DNA from: Ruditapes philippinarum
Taxonomy: Eukaryota
Direction: 5' to 3'
Assembly: GCF_026571515.1 (NCBI RefSeq)
Contig: NW_026851541.1
Span: 1-64,000 of the forward strand
Length of the DNA stretch: 64,000 nucleotides
The number at the start of each line of letters is the position of its first letter. The first letter of the stretch is position 1. The notes under the pieces are model-generated. The model ran no database searches. It had not been told where the DNA came from and was given only the letters and a program-made list of their open reading frames with translations. Made by a program: the position numbers and the translations under genes. Positions 36,941 to 51,530 of the stretch are shown piece by piece.

Positions 36941-38394
36941 ATAGTAATCGATAAAGATACAAAATGGGTTAGACCGTTAGTGTTAAAAGCATTCATAAGA
37001 TTTAAGGCATTGTTACTATAATCACAAAATCATTAAGGCATATTCACTCAAGTAACATTCACTATTAGTTAAAAGTAAAATAACCAGTTAAACTACAAAA
37101 ATAATCACTTGAGTTAAAGTTATACTGGAAGTATTAGTAAAATCACTAGAATCATTGGCAGTATTACCAAAGATTTTTTTATTATCACTAAACTAAAGTA
37201 ATACTCATCACTAGCATTGTAGACTAAAGACAAAATCATATGAGTCAGAAAATAACTATAGTAATTAGCAAAATCACTAAAGTTAAAGCTTGATGACTGG
37301 ATTTTTAAGTGTATATAAGCATATATACTACAGTTGTTGCAACATCTTTAAAGTTAACAGCATTATATAAAGTTAATAGTGTACAATAAAAATGTGAGAA
37401 AAAATCACTATGATACTGGAATTGTATTACTATTATTAAAGGCATTAAAGTTTTAGTTTCTATTTAGAATGGTATTTTTATATGGTAAAATCACTTGATA
37501 GAGGCAACACCCTCTAAAGGCCAAGTAATTGCAATATTACTAATGGTACTGGAAAATCACTATTATTATTTTTTAAATCATATATTATGCAGCATTGCTG
37601 GTGTTGAGGGCAAAAGCCCACTTGTGTTACATTGAAACTACCAGTTTTAGACAAGTCTTAAAATTGGGAATAGTGCCATGTAATTTTTAATAGAAGTCAT
37701 GTGCTTATGATAGAAAAGTTATTTTTTTTATTGATTAGGTGTTGTTACCATTATGAATATTAATTGAAGTGCAATATCAAAAATATTGGATGTAAAAAAC
37801 TACCAATAGCTGTTTGATAAGTAAATATTCTTCAAGGAAATGTTTTCTGATTTGCAAAACTAGACTTTTTAACTGATAATAATTAAGCATCTCTGAAAAA
37901 CAAGTTATTTGAGAAAAACTTTGAGAACTGTGTATTTATTAATTTGTATCTTTTTCAAGGATGTTATACTTTCTTTTTTAACAAATGACTGTGTTTTTGT
38001 GATGTTAAGTTTATCATGAGTTATGTTTTTTTGTTCGAAAGACAGAATAAAGTTTACTTATTTCATAATTTTATCAAAGAATTTGTGAGAACATTTTCAA
38101 TTGTAAAGTTTAAAGCATAAGTTTTGGATAAGTTTTGTGTAGCATCTAATTTTTGTTTTTCCATCACATTCCTTTCTATTTTCAAGCAAGGTAAACATTT
38201 GAAATCTGGTAAATAAATGAAATAACATGAACAAGATTTTACATTACAAGCTTTATTGGGCAAGCATAACACCTCATATTGTGTGAACAGGAAAATCAAG
38301 TATCAAAAAACCACATTAAATCCATTTATTTTCAGGTCTCGGCACTGCCCTATCTTTCATAGCTGCTGCAGTTATATCCAAATTTTGAAATGGT

Positions 38395-39340
38395 AGCAAG
38401 CGCATGAACAGACCGGTAGGCATTTGAAGTTCCTATTCACCAATTAAACTAATGATGACATGGCAAATCTTAATGTGTAAAGGCTATATTTGTGATTTCA
38501 GTAAACTATAGTGAGTATGAAGTGCTAGGGGTAATTTCTATTTTTGAGATTTGTTGTACCATTTTTTAATACATCCATGTTGGTTTAAAGGTAATTCTTT
38601 GAATAGAGCTAAAACTTTGAAAACTTCAAATGTGTGAATTAATGAATGAAAGTTCCGAACATAGAGGGCTAAATCGGTAATCACAAGTCAGTAAGACTGG
38701 GTAAAAATGAATGTTGAAAAATTTAGGAGACCAAGTTGTGTTGTGTTCGAATCCCACATTATTATTTCCAAAAGTATTATGTCACGGTTATGAATTGTTT
38801 TCTAATTACTACCGTCTGTTGAGGCCTTAAGCGAAGCGCATGAAGTCTATAGTACTTCCCCCATGGCCTCTGAGGCCATGATTAATCTGTTTTCTCTAGT
38901 TTCCCATTATTTATGTTTTGGCATGGGCTAAACCATTACAGGTAAAGGTAATGTAGACTGTCATTAAACGTGAAGTAGAGTTCATGAAGCTTGCTTATGG
39001 TGGTAAATTCTCGTATTTATTCGCTAGGTTTAAGATTTTATCCATCATTTTATATATACAGTCCATGTTGGTTTAAATTTGGGAATTCTTTTTTGAATTT
39101 TGAGAGTAAAACTTTTGAAAACTTCAAACACTGTGCTGGAATTCACCCGCATGAAAGTTAACCGAACCATAGAGAGGCAAACTCCGCCCCCTGAACTCTA
39201 CAATCTGAACCTGATGTATACAATGTAAAGTGTTGGAAAGTTATGATTTTGTGACTGTTTGTTACTTGCTGTTCACAAACTGCATCCTAACATTATTTAT
39301 TGCCTCTCATACCAAGTTTTATGTGCGTTTACTATTGTTT
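38395..39340. repeat. Indel-rich tandem duplication (~400-bp and ~500-bp copies)
   Basis: Collinear anchors in both copies: AAGCGCATGAA, TCCATGTTGGTTTAAA, TTTGAAAACTTCAAA, ATGAAAGTT..CCGAAC. Confidence 0.8.
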
Positions 39341-42300
39341 ATGACCCTTTTTGAAGAAAAATTAAAATTTACTGTGGATATCTATTAGGGACAGAGGGAA
39401 TTAAAGCTTCTGCTGGATTTTATATATACTTGTTTTGGTAAGTTTTGCTTTACCGTATTTTGAACCGCAAAGATGTGATTTATTTCTATTTGTTGTTTTT
39501 ATAAATAAGATTTTGAAACAAAAATCTAAATTTTTATTCTAGTAAACATGGTGAAAGGTGTCATTTACTGTCCAAATTATCAGTTTTATTTTGAGGTTTT
39601 TAAACATTGAAAATTCTAATTAATTTTCTTGACAGGAAAATTCTGTAACTATTTCATATAATTATGTTCTATTACATTACAATTATCTGCTATAAATGTG
39701 ATATGTTTCCTGTCATTGAAAAACAAACAACGGACATAAAAAGATCGGTGCAAATTGTCATATCTTGGTTACAGGAGATTCAGTCTAATACTTGATTGAA
39801 CAATAATGTTTCTTCAAGTTAAAAAAATAGATAAAGTCCCAATAAATTCAGCCATAATATTTAAAGAAATTAAGAATTGATATTATATAATAAATAAGTT
39901 TAAAATATGACCATGAAGACCTTTTTTATAATTCAAGTATTCAGATTTCATTATCAACAGAAGTTGTAGATATTTGAATATGTAATTTTGATTTTTGGGA
40001 TGACTATTGTATAATTTTTTTTTTCTCAAAACAGACAATTTTTGATTTATTTTTGTGATATCATTGTATGGTTTGTGTAAGAGATATTGTTGGCTTTACA
40101 TATTTCAATCTTTGGAAACGGTGCATTGCTTTATGAAGCGTTAACGGCTTATATAAATGGCTTAAACTTAAATCTCCATTCCTTTATTCTCATTTATTCA
40201 TTTTCTGCCCCTTTAAACGACCCCTTTTTATAAAAACATTTTGCCGAGATAATTTCAAGTGCCTGACTGTACCTTTTGAATCTGGTATATTGGTATCGGA
40301 TTTCCATAGTCGCTGACCGGAAAATTCACAATTTCAAATTATTGGCATGCTTATTGAAAGTCTGTGTCAGTTATTTTTACAAAAATAAATCCGTTTTAAT
40401 GAAATCTTCAGCTGGCCTGTGATTCAATACATACAAATGTTTATCAAAATAATTTTTGTATATATTTATATAAATAAAATTTCCCTTCTTATCACGTTTC
40501 CCTAAACTTCTGATTGTCCTAGGCAGTGCTTATCTTCAATATTTTTGTAAAAATTCTATTTTCTTGATGAATTTATCAACAAAATATATTATAACATTTC
40601 AACCATTCGCATCTTTGTGTATTTTGATGATATAATTTGTACTTAGAATATTGTAAAATTGTTTTATCTATATGAAAATTTCTGGTCATAGAGTCTGAAA
40701 GATAAAATACAATTTTTTTTGCAATTTTTATCAAAATATTTTTATGTTTGATTTCTAAATTTTAATACCTGCATCTAAAAACATTACATTTTCAGTTTAA
40801 AATTTACTTTTTTTAGAGCAAAATGGAAGAAACATTTTCTGACAGTTTGATATCTTAAAAGAAAGAATTTGTATAAATGAAATATTTGAATTCTTTAAAT
40901 CATTTGTATGCATATAAAGATGGTAAAAAGTTTGAGAATTTAACTCTTTTTTAAGTATTTTACAGTCTGTTTTAGATATCCAACTTTCTTTAATCCACTG
41001 CAAGACGGGAAAAAATCAGTTACTTTATGACTGGAACATCACAAAGTACCAATATAATAAATTTTATATAAACTAGGAATTGTTTTTGCTGTCCGTCTTT
41101 TGATTGGGTAAATAATGGTGAAGAATCCCTCTTTGATCATGAGAAATACATATATCATTTTTGCTTTTCTAGAATTTTTACATTATTAATATTATAATAA
41201 TTATACATAATTATATTTTGCAAAAATCTCACATAAATATATATAAAGATTAGCATATAATGTTTTTTAATTTTTGTAATGGGAAAAATGTTAAAATTTT
41301 AAAGTTAATATATTTGTGATGACATAAGCTATTTGTATTGCTTTGGAATTTGTTCATCAATGACATGTCATTTGAGTTCATTCATTGACGAGGCTTTTTT
41401 TAAAACATGTCAATAAGCAGTATTCAGCATTATGTCACTTGACACATGTTTATTTACACTGTTAATTAGTTTATAAATTATTCCCTAATGATGTTTCATG
41501 TCAGGCACAATTAAGATGAACTACAAATTGTTCATTCTGTACTTAAGTTATTTTCTTTAAATAAGTTTGAATGGCATTTTCTTTTTCTTACTGATTTTGT
41601 ATGTTGTTTTGTTGTATTTTATAAGAACACTGCAGTATTTCCGGATACAAGAAGATCAAGTCATTTTGATTAATCTGATTTGTTTTTAAGTTTTGCATTA
41701 TTGTATCTAAAGTTAGCATGTGATGTTATAAAACAGCCTTACATTTCTTTGTGTGTATTTATAAAAAAAGAAATGTTTATTTTACATTTCAAAAGAGACT
41801 GTATAGTAAAAAAATTATCAGTTTTTTTTAAAATATCAAAATTGAGCATAATGTATCTTTAACTGTTTAATGACAAGAAGGGACCTGAGAAATACATCAT
41901 TAATCAACTAGCTTAAAGTTAGCAATAGCCTTGTGTAAAAAATATATAAGAAAATACAAAAAAAAGCTCAATAATTTGAAATGTTTGTTTATTAAACAAT
42001 TCAGTGAATAAACTGTATTCAAAGTGTGTTGTTTATTTTCAGATTTAGATTCTGAAATCCGTGCATGAGGTGATTTTTTTTTTATTAAAGAAAGGCAATC
42101 ACCTCGAAATCCCAGAGATACTTTAAAACTTTGTCATATCTGTTAAGTATCGATTGTATTTAATTATAACAAATAAACAAAAAAACAAGCTCGGATGAAA
42201 AATCTTTAAATATCTGAATGTCATTGATGCAAGTGTAATGATTTGAAAAAGAAATGAGGCCTAAAATAGACAAAGGAGATATTAGAATAATTACTCCTGA

Positions 42301-43062
42301 AATAATGGGTCAGAAACCACTAATTGTTAAGTCTTGTATCAGCCCATACACACTGTAAATTAAGAAGTAAACAATAGTTCTATGGAGTGCATTATATATT
42401 GTGAGGAATTCAGGTTTAGGAGTCTGGTTGGCAACAATAAGCATATGAAATCTGCTTTATAGAAAAACATGGCGCTAATAAAACTGCAAACAAAATGTTC
42501 AAAATATTAAAGAAGATGTTATTATAACATATCTCCATTTTCTAAGTATATTTTTTTTTACAATGAGATTTACCTTAAATTTTTCGTGCCTTAAGTGATT
42601 TCTTTATTACTTAAATATATACTGATTTGCAGAAAAGTTTTTTTGTTGTTTTTTTAAAATCCTCTGATTTCATTCAGATTTTCTAGTTTGAAACTAGAGT
42701 ATTGGCTATACTGCCATATTGAAATAAGAAACAATGGGTGTGTGCTGTAATTAATTTAATTTAGATATAAAGAGTGGTATAAAGTTTCAACTTTGTAACC
42801 TGATAATTGGTTCATTGCAACAGTGCTCTTACTTTTTCCCTTAGTTTACATACTAATGCACGACACTGTTTCTAAGTTCATGGCTACACCTCAAAGCTTA
42901 CTCTTGTATCTTTCACAAGCAGATTGTATTTCTTTGAATTTTAAAAACACTTTATATACAAGTATATATTGGATTATCCTAATCTGAAATGATAAGTGTT
43001 CAGAATCAGGTTTTGTTGGATCAAATTCCATAACTGTAAAATCTACATGTTTCTTCTTGAAA

Positions 43063-43272
43063 TTATCCTTACCACACTAAATCTCTTAAAGTGGACTTGC
43101 CCATCTTTCAATATAGACCAGACCATTTATAATTTAAAGGGAAAATTTCTTAGTATATAGCCAGCAATACAAACCATGATCACATGACGTAGATGTGCCA
43201 GCTGATATTAGTCTGCACTTGTTACATTGTGAAGATTGTGTAGCATCCAGCATAGCTGAGGTTAAGGGTTAA
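43063..43272. mobile_element. Palindromic TTAACCC-type MITE copy
   Basis: TTATCCTTACCACACTAAAT..TGGACTTGCCCATCTTTCAA...ACCATGATCA...GCTGAT...GTCTGCACT...CCAGCA...GGGTTAA. Confidence 0.7.
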
Positions 43273-46200
43273 AGGGGGGTTGTTCATCTTTGAATATTGT
43301 CTTCCTGAAGTTTTTGTGGACAAATTTCAAGACAATGAGTTTGTTAAAAGATCAAATATTAAAGTAGAATTAATAAATTTGTAACAGTACTGAAGATATA
43401 ATAAGTGTTAGATGGCTAATCTAATGCAAATCTCTGCTTTATTTATGGCAAGGTTAACATATAAGAATGAAACATTTCTAATATAATGCAGAAGCTTTTG
43501 TTGAACTATTTGAAGTAATTACAAATTAATTTAGATTAATAGACATCAAAAATGTTATGAAACATGAAATAGAGAACTGCTACCTATTGTTTTTTTGATA
43601 AACAAAAAATAGTTTATATATATATATTTTATATCTAAATTTTAGTGCCCAATTTAGGTCAGTTCAGTTGTTTCCTTATATGACAGTAGAACTGCAGATT
43701 ACTGCTTAGTAACAGACTTTAAAATGATTAATGTAAATAACAAAACATTATTTCATAATCATTACAATTTTTTTTTTACTAGACCCATGTTTAGTTTAAA
43801 CATTTATTATGAAAACTTTAAGCTTTAATTAAACCACTCTCAGATGTGTGCTTCTTTGAAATAACTGGTACTGGTTAGTCATATGAAAAGAAGTCATTAA
43901 TTTGATGCAATTCTATCATACCAAACTCTACATACTGAAAATTATACTTGCTACAATGCAGTTGTATCAATAATGGAAGTAAAGTTATTTCATGCAGTAT
44001 AAATTATATCACTTGTTAAAGTTGATTTACAGACTAAATATATCACATTTTTATGACATGCACAGCTGAAGACTTTAATGTGAAAATGTTATTTGAATTT
44101 TATTTTATATTTCGCATAGTATGTAACCATATCCCTGATGTAAAATTTAATGTGTTTGAACTGTATATTCTTTCATATTATTGAAATCTGGATTTATATT
44201 TTGGATAAGACATGATAAAATAGATATCTACCGGTAGATATAATGATAGTACAGGTTTGTTTTTTGTTTTATAATTTTTTTTCATAATTTATCATAGTAA
44301 TGTATTTATTTATTAACAGTTTGTAGTACATTTTGAAAGTAATATATTAAAATTAAGTCCAATTTTGTTAAAAGTATTTATATAGGTAATCATTAAATTC
44401 AATGGCTACAAAAATTAAGCGAACATCAAAAGCATAAGAAAAAGATTATTGAATTTTTTGTTGTTTTTTTTGTTTGTATTATTATATTACTGTTTTCATA
44501 TCAAAGCAATGGCAATTGAGTTGAAAAATATTTTAAGATTCTAAAAATTTTAGTGTAAGTCACAAAATGTTTAACAAGTGATGGATTGATAGATGATGGA
44601 TTTATATTATCATATTAAATTATTATAGATTATTATAAATTTTATGATCCCTTGATCAAAATAATTATTGAAGAATTTATTTGAATTTCGAACAGGCTGT
44701 TGAATTTATGTATAAATAATTTGTTTGCCCGTACACAATGTAATGAAATAACCTGATATGTAAGGGATGAAGATTAGATTTTATTTTAATTATGACATGG
44801 GATATTTTTGGTGCGATTGTCGCTGTCCAAGGTTTGTGGTACAAGCTACGATATTTGATGTCATGCTTCGGTGAGAAATGTGAGGGAAGACTTTTGTATC
44901 ATATTTCAGTGTGAAAATACTGTGAAAATCAGTATAGAGATCTGTTGAGTCGTGTTAGATCTATTTTCCGTTTTAATAACTTTATTTCAACATTTCAATA
45001 GCTGTATGTTAATCCTATCTGTTGGTGTTTTATCAGGGGCAGCAAAGCCCGAAGCTTGTATCTCATTATACAACAGAAAATAGATAGAAAGCTGGGCTCT
45101 AATTTATTTTTGTCATGTAACCCTATATTGATAAAAATGATATTTTTAAGTTAAGTAATATTTGATTAAAATCGGCACCCCCCTTAATCTGTGTAATGGT
45201 TTTGACTTGCTTTGGTTAAGGAACTGACCGTGGTAAAAGTTCAGGATTACAATGTTAAAGTTCTAAGATTGAGCAGTTTTCAGTACATACCTCAGTATAG
45301 TCGGACAACATGGATGTACTATCTTTATTATGGTGATGAACGCCTGGCTTTATTATGGTGACATTTATTCTGAAAAGTTTGTTCTAATATCGCAGATATA
45401 ATGTTACTGGTTAAAGTAGTACATAATTAAAAATGCAGTTATAATGTATTTCTACACAGTATTATTATCTTAAAAGTCATTTCTAAACATAGACTTAAGG
45501 ATTCTCGTAAATAATTCAAGTTATTTTCTGATGTTAATTTTGAGCGATTCATAAATAATATTTACAAAAGCCGTAAATCTCTTAGCTGCTAATCATCAGA
45601 AATTAACATTTCATAAATAAACTTAATGATAATGCGAAACTATTGCATTACATAAATAATTTTCAAGATTAATGTAAACTGTGCAAGCTAATTACAATTC
45701 ATAGGAGATTTTAATATAACAGTAATGGTACAAGATTTTCTTTATAGAAAAATTCTGTGCGGAAAAAAAAAATGCGCAAAAAAAAGAACACTTTAAAAAA
45801 CTGATTCTAATGTTGCCATTGCTTGTTGAGAATAAATAATCAGAGTCTCGCAAAAAAGAACATTAGAGGAAATTAAAATCTAACGCAATATTGAGATCTC
45901 GGGGTATATAAACAAATTGTATATAGTTCCGTTTTGCAGTAAACTTTAACACAGAGGAGTGTTTTCTTACAAAATAACCCATTAAATATGATAGGAAAAC
46001 ATTAGTTAAGGGCAAGATACAGCTAATAGCTTATAGCTCCATGCTTTAGCCCATTATAAATTCTTTTCCTGGCCTAATGGGAGAATTGTGCTAATTTCTT
46101 TTGAAAAGGACTTTTCAAGATTGAAGTTTAGGTCTCCATGTTAAATGAAGTTCAGTAAATCATTTTAAAATTGCCTCTGTCTACCCTTGATCCTGTGACA

Positions 46201-47214
46201 ACTAAATGTTCATTTTATAATAGAATAAAAAAAGGTTCAGGGTGAATAAGCTAATTTTAATTTCTAATAATATTAAAAAAAGGAAGAAAAGAAAAAAAAA
46301 TAAGTGTCTTCTTTCTCCTATTATTTCGTTTAGATCTTCTAAAGATCTTTTTAAAAATTTCTTTTTATAAGTGTTAAAAGAAGAATATTTTATTTCATTT
46401 TTTTGACTATTAAATATTTGGATGCTTATTTATAACTTTAATTCATATTATTAATAATTTCTTCTTACTTGTCCGATAATCGTCAAAGCTAAAGGTCACT
46501 AACCTCTAAAAGGTCATGGTTTGACCTTGGTAGTATTTCTGTGACATTAACACTTACATAAATATCCAGAATTTATTTACTTTCAATTTTATAAAAAATT
46601 TATATATTTTTTTTTGTTGGGTTTCAGCGACTTGAAAAAGGTCATTCTATAATTTTCAGTTGAATGTAAATTAACCATGACGTTATTTTTCTCCTGAGTT
46701 TGTGTCATTCATGTCTTTGATATAAATTATCCTGGAAAAATTAATAAAAATCTCAATTTACTCCATAAAACTTTTTCAGCAGATGTTATCAATAATTTTA
46801 CACAACTAAAAACTAAGAAATCATTCAAATGAAATTTAATTTTTTGCTCACCTAGGTTGTTTCCAGTACTTAATGGTGTTATATTTGAGGGCATTTAGCA
46901 GATGCTCTATTCATAGCAAGAAAAATGTCACACCCAACAATACATAGTCTTCTAAGATATTGAAAAAACAACTGTTTTATTTTAAGAAAATGACTGGAAA
47001 ACAGATGGATAATGATTTTGTTTTTTTAAGGCTTCGTTGTTCATAATATTAACAGTAACATTAAATGCTGCTCACAGTATGCCAATCATTTGACTTCACT
47101 TGACTTAACATTTTTTTAGCACTCAGAAGTCCCTGACGTTCTCAAATTTGTTGTCCTTTATTCAAAGCATTGTGGGTCCTGGTTAAACGAATAAGTTCAG
47201 GTATATGGGTAAGA

Positions 47215-47522
47215 TTGAACTTTAACCTGCTTGAACTGAAAGTGGTTAAATCTTTGACATCAGTATACAGCCAGGCCAGCCTGCACAACTGCGATATACT
47301 ATTGTGCGTGTGTGTATATTCTGGGCGTAATAATTGTCCATCCCTTTTGGGCACTGAGAGTATGGACCTTGGGGCATGTCACCATTCATGTCCTTAAAGT
47401 TTTTTATCTGCAAAAATGATATTCTGTTTGTAGATCAACTTTAAGATTTAAATTGATAATGGACAGTTCCAAAGATGGAGGGATGGGCAAGTCCATTTAG
47501 GAAATTAAGCAGGGTTAAGGAT
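47215..47522. mobile_element. Palindromic TTAACCC-type MITE copy with a 95-bp internal insertion
   Basis: Core CAGCCAGGCCAGCCTGCACA; end ATGGACAGTTCCAAAGATGG...GTCCATTTAGGAAATTAAGCAGGGTTAAGG. Confidence 0.7.
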
Positions 47523-48630
47523 TTATAAATTGGTAAATATTCAGTAAGTGTGGAACCATCAATACTCGTGCAGGGAATGATAATAACTGACAGCCCAACA
47601 TGTAAAATTTGTCAGCTACCTCTACACTTATATCATACAGTGACACTTTTTGTGGCATAAATTGACATTAATGTGAAATTTATGGCAGTTTTCTTGAAAA
47701 AATCACTGGTAATTGGTGAGTATATCACAAGTTTATCACAGTAAAATAACCTGGCTTTTATGAGGAAAGGGAATAACCTTACATTGTATATTCATGATAT
47801 TGATGAGAGGGAATTTTATTACTTGTTCATTATTAATTTGATCTATAGTATATCTTTTGCAAGTTCTTTTGCATGTTCAAAGTCAACTCCAACTTCTTAT
47901 ACCTCAATGCAGTCATTGCTGATTTACAAATTCTAAAGTACGCCAACACAATTTTGCGTGGAATTTAATTGAAAGTTTACCGATTTCAAGAAGAATTATG
48001 TAATTTCACATGGATAATTAATTTTTAATCATTATCATTAATAATGATTTAGAATTTTTGTTTGATTTTTGATAAATTGCAACTGATTTTATTTCTTTAA
48101 AAGGTTTTAAAGATATTTACACTAGTATAATATCGCCTAATTTATTAAATAAATGAATACTTTTCATGGTTAATAAGACAGATTTTCTATTGGTATTAAA
48201 GATTTTTCTTTGAAAAAGTAGTCAAATTTTTTTTTTTCATGAATGTATTATGAATATGTAGATTATAAAATTTAATAGAATTGAAAAAAAAATATAAATA
48301 GATTGTTAAAATTTATACAGCTATGTTTTGCAGAATTTTGAGCTCTTTATGATCATGTTACTAAAAAAAGTATATTATTTGTAATTTTGACATGGTTTCA
48401 TGATTATATTTTTGTTGCATGCTTGTAATAATAATAATTATAATTTATAATTATATATAAAATATTCCTTGAACCGGTTAACTCTTGTTATTTGCTTTAT
48501 ATATGTATGAATTTGTATTTTTAAAAAATTAAAAGCAGCTTTTTTTTTGTCATTATATGAATATAGTGATGTTCTTAATTAAGAATATTTTATTGTTTTT
48601 TTTCTGTATAATTGTGTAATTTTTGTTGTG

Positions 48631-48900
48631 TTAAACCCTGAAACTATTGAAACTAAAAGTGATAAGTTTTGCCAGGTCAGCCTGTACATCCAAGAAGTAC
48701 ATGACCTAGTTTTATAAAGTTGCCTGACTACCTAATAGTATAATGGACAGTTCCAAAATTTGAAGCTAGACAAGTCCATTAAAAAAAAAGGTTTAAATTT
48801 AGAATTTTAATATCAAAATCCCTCAAATTTATAATGGACTGGTCTACATTCAAATTATGAAAAAGCCATTTCACAAAAATGGTAGCATGGTAATGGTTAG
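48631..48900. mobile_element. Degenerate TTAACCC-type MITE copy or copies
   Basis: GCCAGGTCAGCCTGTACATCC, TAATGGACAGTTCCAAAAT...CAAGTCCATT, and a second TAATGGAC...TAGCATGGTAATGGTTA end. Confidence 0.55.
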
Positions 48901-49410
48901 TATTGAATGATATCTGATTAAAATCAAAGATGCTTATTGTAACTATCTAGTGACGGAGATAAGCGAAAATCTGTTTTAAAAACTTTTGAGTTTATGCTCA
49001 ATTTTACTTGGTAGTGGGAAATGTTGTATGTTACCAACTGATATCTCTATCATTACAATCAGTGATGATATCACACTTCAGTGAGAGATACATTTATCTT
49101 TCACTTTCCTATCATGCCACAAATTTAACCTGTGACCCTTACTATCAACTTTAAGGATAGAAATTTAAAACCGTTTAATGAATCTAAACAGTGATAACTT
49201 TGATTAAACTTTTATAAACAAAAAACAGGTAATTAGTATTATCAAATTATTCCTACTTGTGATGATAAATGTATGTGTTTGATTTTAATAATGATGTTAA
49301 TTTTCACAATTTACACATCATGGACTTGGATTAACAGGTAGAGATTTCATGTAATGTTTTTCTTATTTTGTGCAAATTTGTTAAAGAAAAATTTATCAAC
49401 ATATGTTACT

Positions 49411-49545
49411 GGTGCTAGGTTGTGTCTGAAATAATGCACAAAAGTGCACCTGAGGTCTTCCTTCACCGGAAAAGTCAGAAAGTCATCATATGACCTTTTA
49501 ATTAATGTGTTGGTTTAACCGAAAAATTAAACAAGCAAACAAAAA
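49411..49545 (+). mobile_element. SINE 3' half (same family as 29308-29437)
   Basis: TGTCTGAAATAATGCACAAAAGTGCACCTGAGGTCTTCCTTCACC...AAAGTCATCATATGACCT...TGTGTTGGT plus an (AAAC)n-like tail. Family link rests on a recalled consensus. Confidence 0.7.
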
Positions 49546-51319
49546 ATTCTTTGTTTGTAAATCTTAAGTGAACTCCACCCCCCCCTCCCCCTTTTTAGGA
49601 TAAGCTGATTCACAACAGACACTTTGTATGTTAACTATAATAAAATCCTGTTAATACAAATCTGTTGTTTTAACATTGCTTGCTGTCAATATGAGTGATT
49701 ATCTTATTTCCTGTGACATGCTCTATGTTATAGGAAACTTGCTTTTTTCTCAAATATTTACTACCCATAATGCAATGGAATGCACAGAAATAAGATAAAT
49801 TTGATATTGTCTCTGTTATAATAAAGGGTCATAAATCTGCCGTCCTCCCTCTCTCTACTATAACCTCATTTTTCCGTGAATTCTCAACAAATATAAACAC
49901 ATGCAACAAATTAGTAGTAAATGATTTCTCATTTTACACAGACGAAACTTTATCTGTTTTCTTTTATAAAGTAATTATGAGTAAAACATTGGGGAACCCT
50001 GAGTTTAGAGCTTATCGGAAAAGCATTTGGGGAACATTGATGATACATTAAGACTGGTTTTAGAGTGGTGCTAAAAGCTCACGTCTGTATGTAAGAAATG
50101 TATGAAAACCAGTCAATTCTACATCTTGAAGCAAGATGAATATTTTTGGTATTCTATTTTATTTTAAATTAATGTGTAAGTAGGTATGTACATCTCAATT
50201 TTGAATTTCTTACACCAGCACTTTATACAGTTTCTTAATTATTGTTTAAAAATATTGAAGCTAATTTGAGTCCATTTGATATGCAAGAACTTTTTGTAGG
50301 CATCAATTTCATGAAGAATTTTTACAGTAAGTAAAGTTTTACCTAGGTGCAGCACTGTATGCTATGTTTCATTGTAACAGTACTTTATTGTAATTATAAG
50401 AGCAATTTAGGCCTGTCTAAAATCTTTCATGTGTTTTGACCAGACTGTGAAGTCAACATCTAACTGAACTGTACAATATAAATAATAATATTTCAATCAT
50501 GTGACAAATGAAGACCAAGGCCTGACTATACACCTCCCTGCAATGTGACCAGACTCTCAAGTCTTGCTTATAATATGCAGTCAAACAGTATGGTCAAATT
50601 GTGTGTGCTGACTGACTGCAGCCTTTCATAATGTAGCTGGCACATGGAGGTTTGATTGTCTGTAAACCTGTAAAACATTGTGTTGATACCATCATGTCCA
50701 TCACATAGAAATAACTACATGTGTACATAGACAATTAAACGATCAGGAAATAATTAGATGTTTAATATTTCAAGCAACCTGTCAAACTTTTACAGCATAT
50801 TCATTGTGGCTAAGTTGTTTAATAATTGCTGCCTTCCTGTACATTACATACATCTCCCAAACAATGATATGCTTGGACATACATTATACAGCGATGAAAG
50901 CTATTCATTTATACCACATTTACATATTCAGTGGTTGAAATCTGAAATTAATTAAAATTGCTAACAAGTAATTAATATCACTGAGAGTTTTACAGCAGAC
51001 GCATTAAGCAGACGTTGTTAGCAGATAGCTTATGCATTAAGTTGTTCATGATACATAGATTGTTCAGTAGTCTGGTTGTAATTCATTCATTGTTATGTGA
51101 AATATGATATAAATTATCAGATAAACAACTCACTTCTCTTTGATGTTATTTTGTTTGCACTGATAATACCAGGTTTTTATGTCTAAACATTTGCAGTAGG
51201 AACTGGAAAGGCCTGCAGGTCATAGGTTTGAGCTGCAACAGTTGCTTCGTAAACAGCTTGAAGCCACCAAATGCTGTTGTATATGAATACTTTGCCACTT
51301 GAATCTACTATATGATACA

Positions 51320-51530
51320 TTAACCTTTTCCTTGCTTTGTTTGTCTTATGGACTTGGAATTTATAATTGTTTATTTAATAATAATTTCCATTGATAATTG
51401 ACACAGAGATTTCAATATTGATAAGCAAAATAATGACTGCATGGCTTCACAAGCTGGTAAGGCTGTATAAGTGGCATTTCATTAGTGACATAGACCAGCA
51501 AGTTTTTTCCTCTAATATTCAGAGGGTTAA
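51320..51530. mobile_element. Degenerate TTAACCC-type MITE copy
   Basis: TTAACCTTT...AGAGGGTTAA termini; ATGGACT and GACTGCATGG...AAGCTGGT core remnants. Confidence 0.55.
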
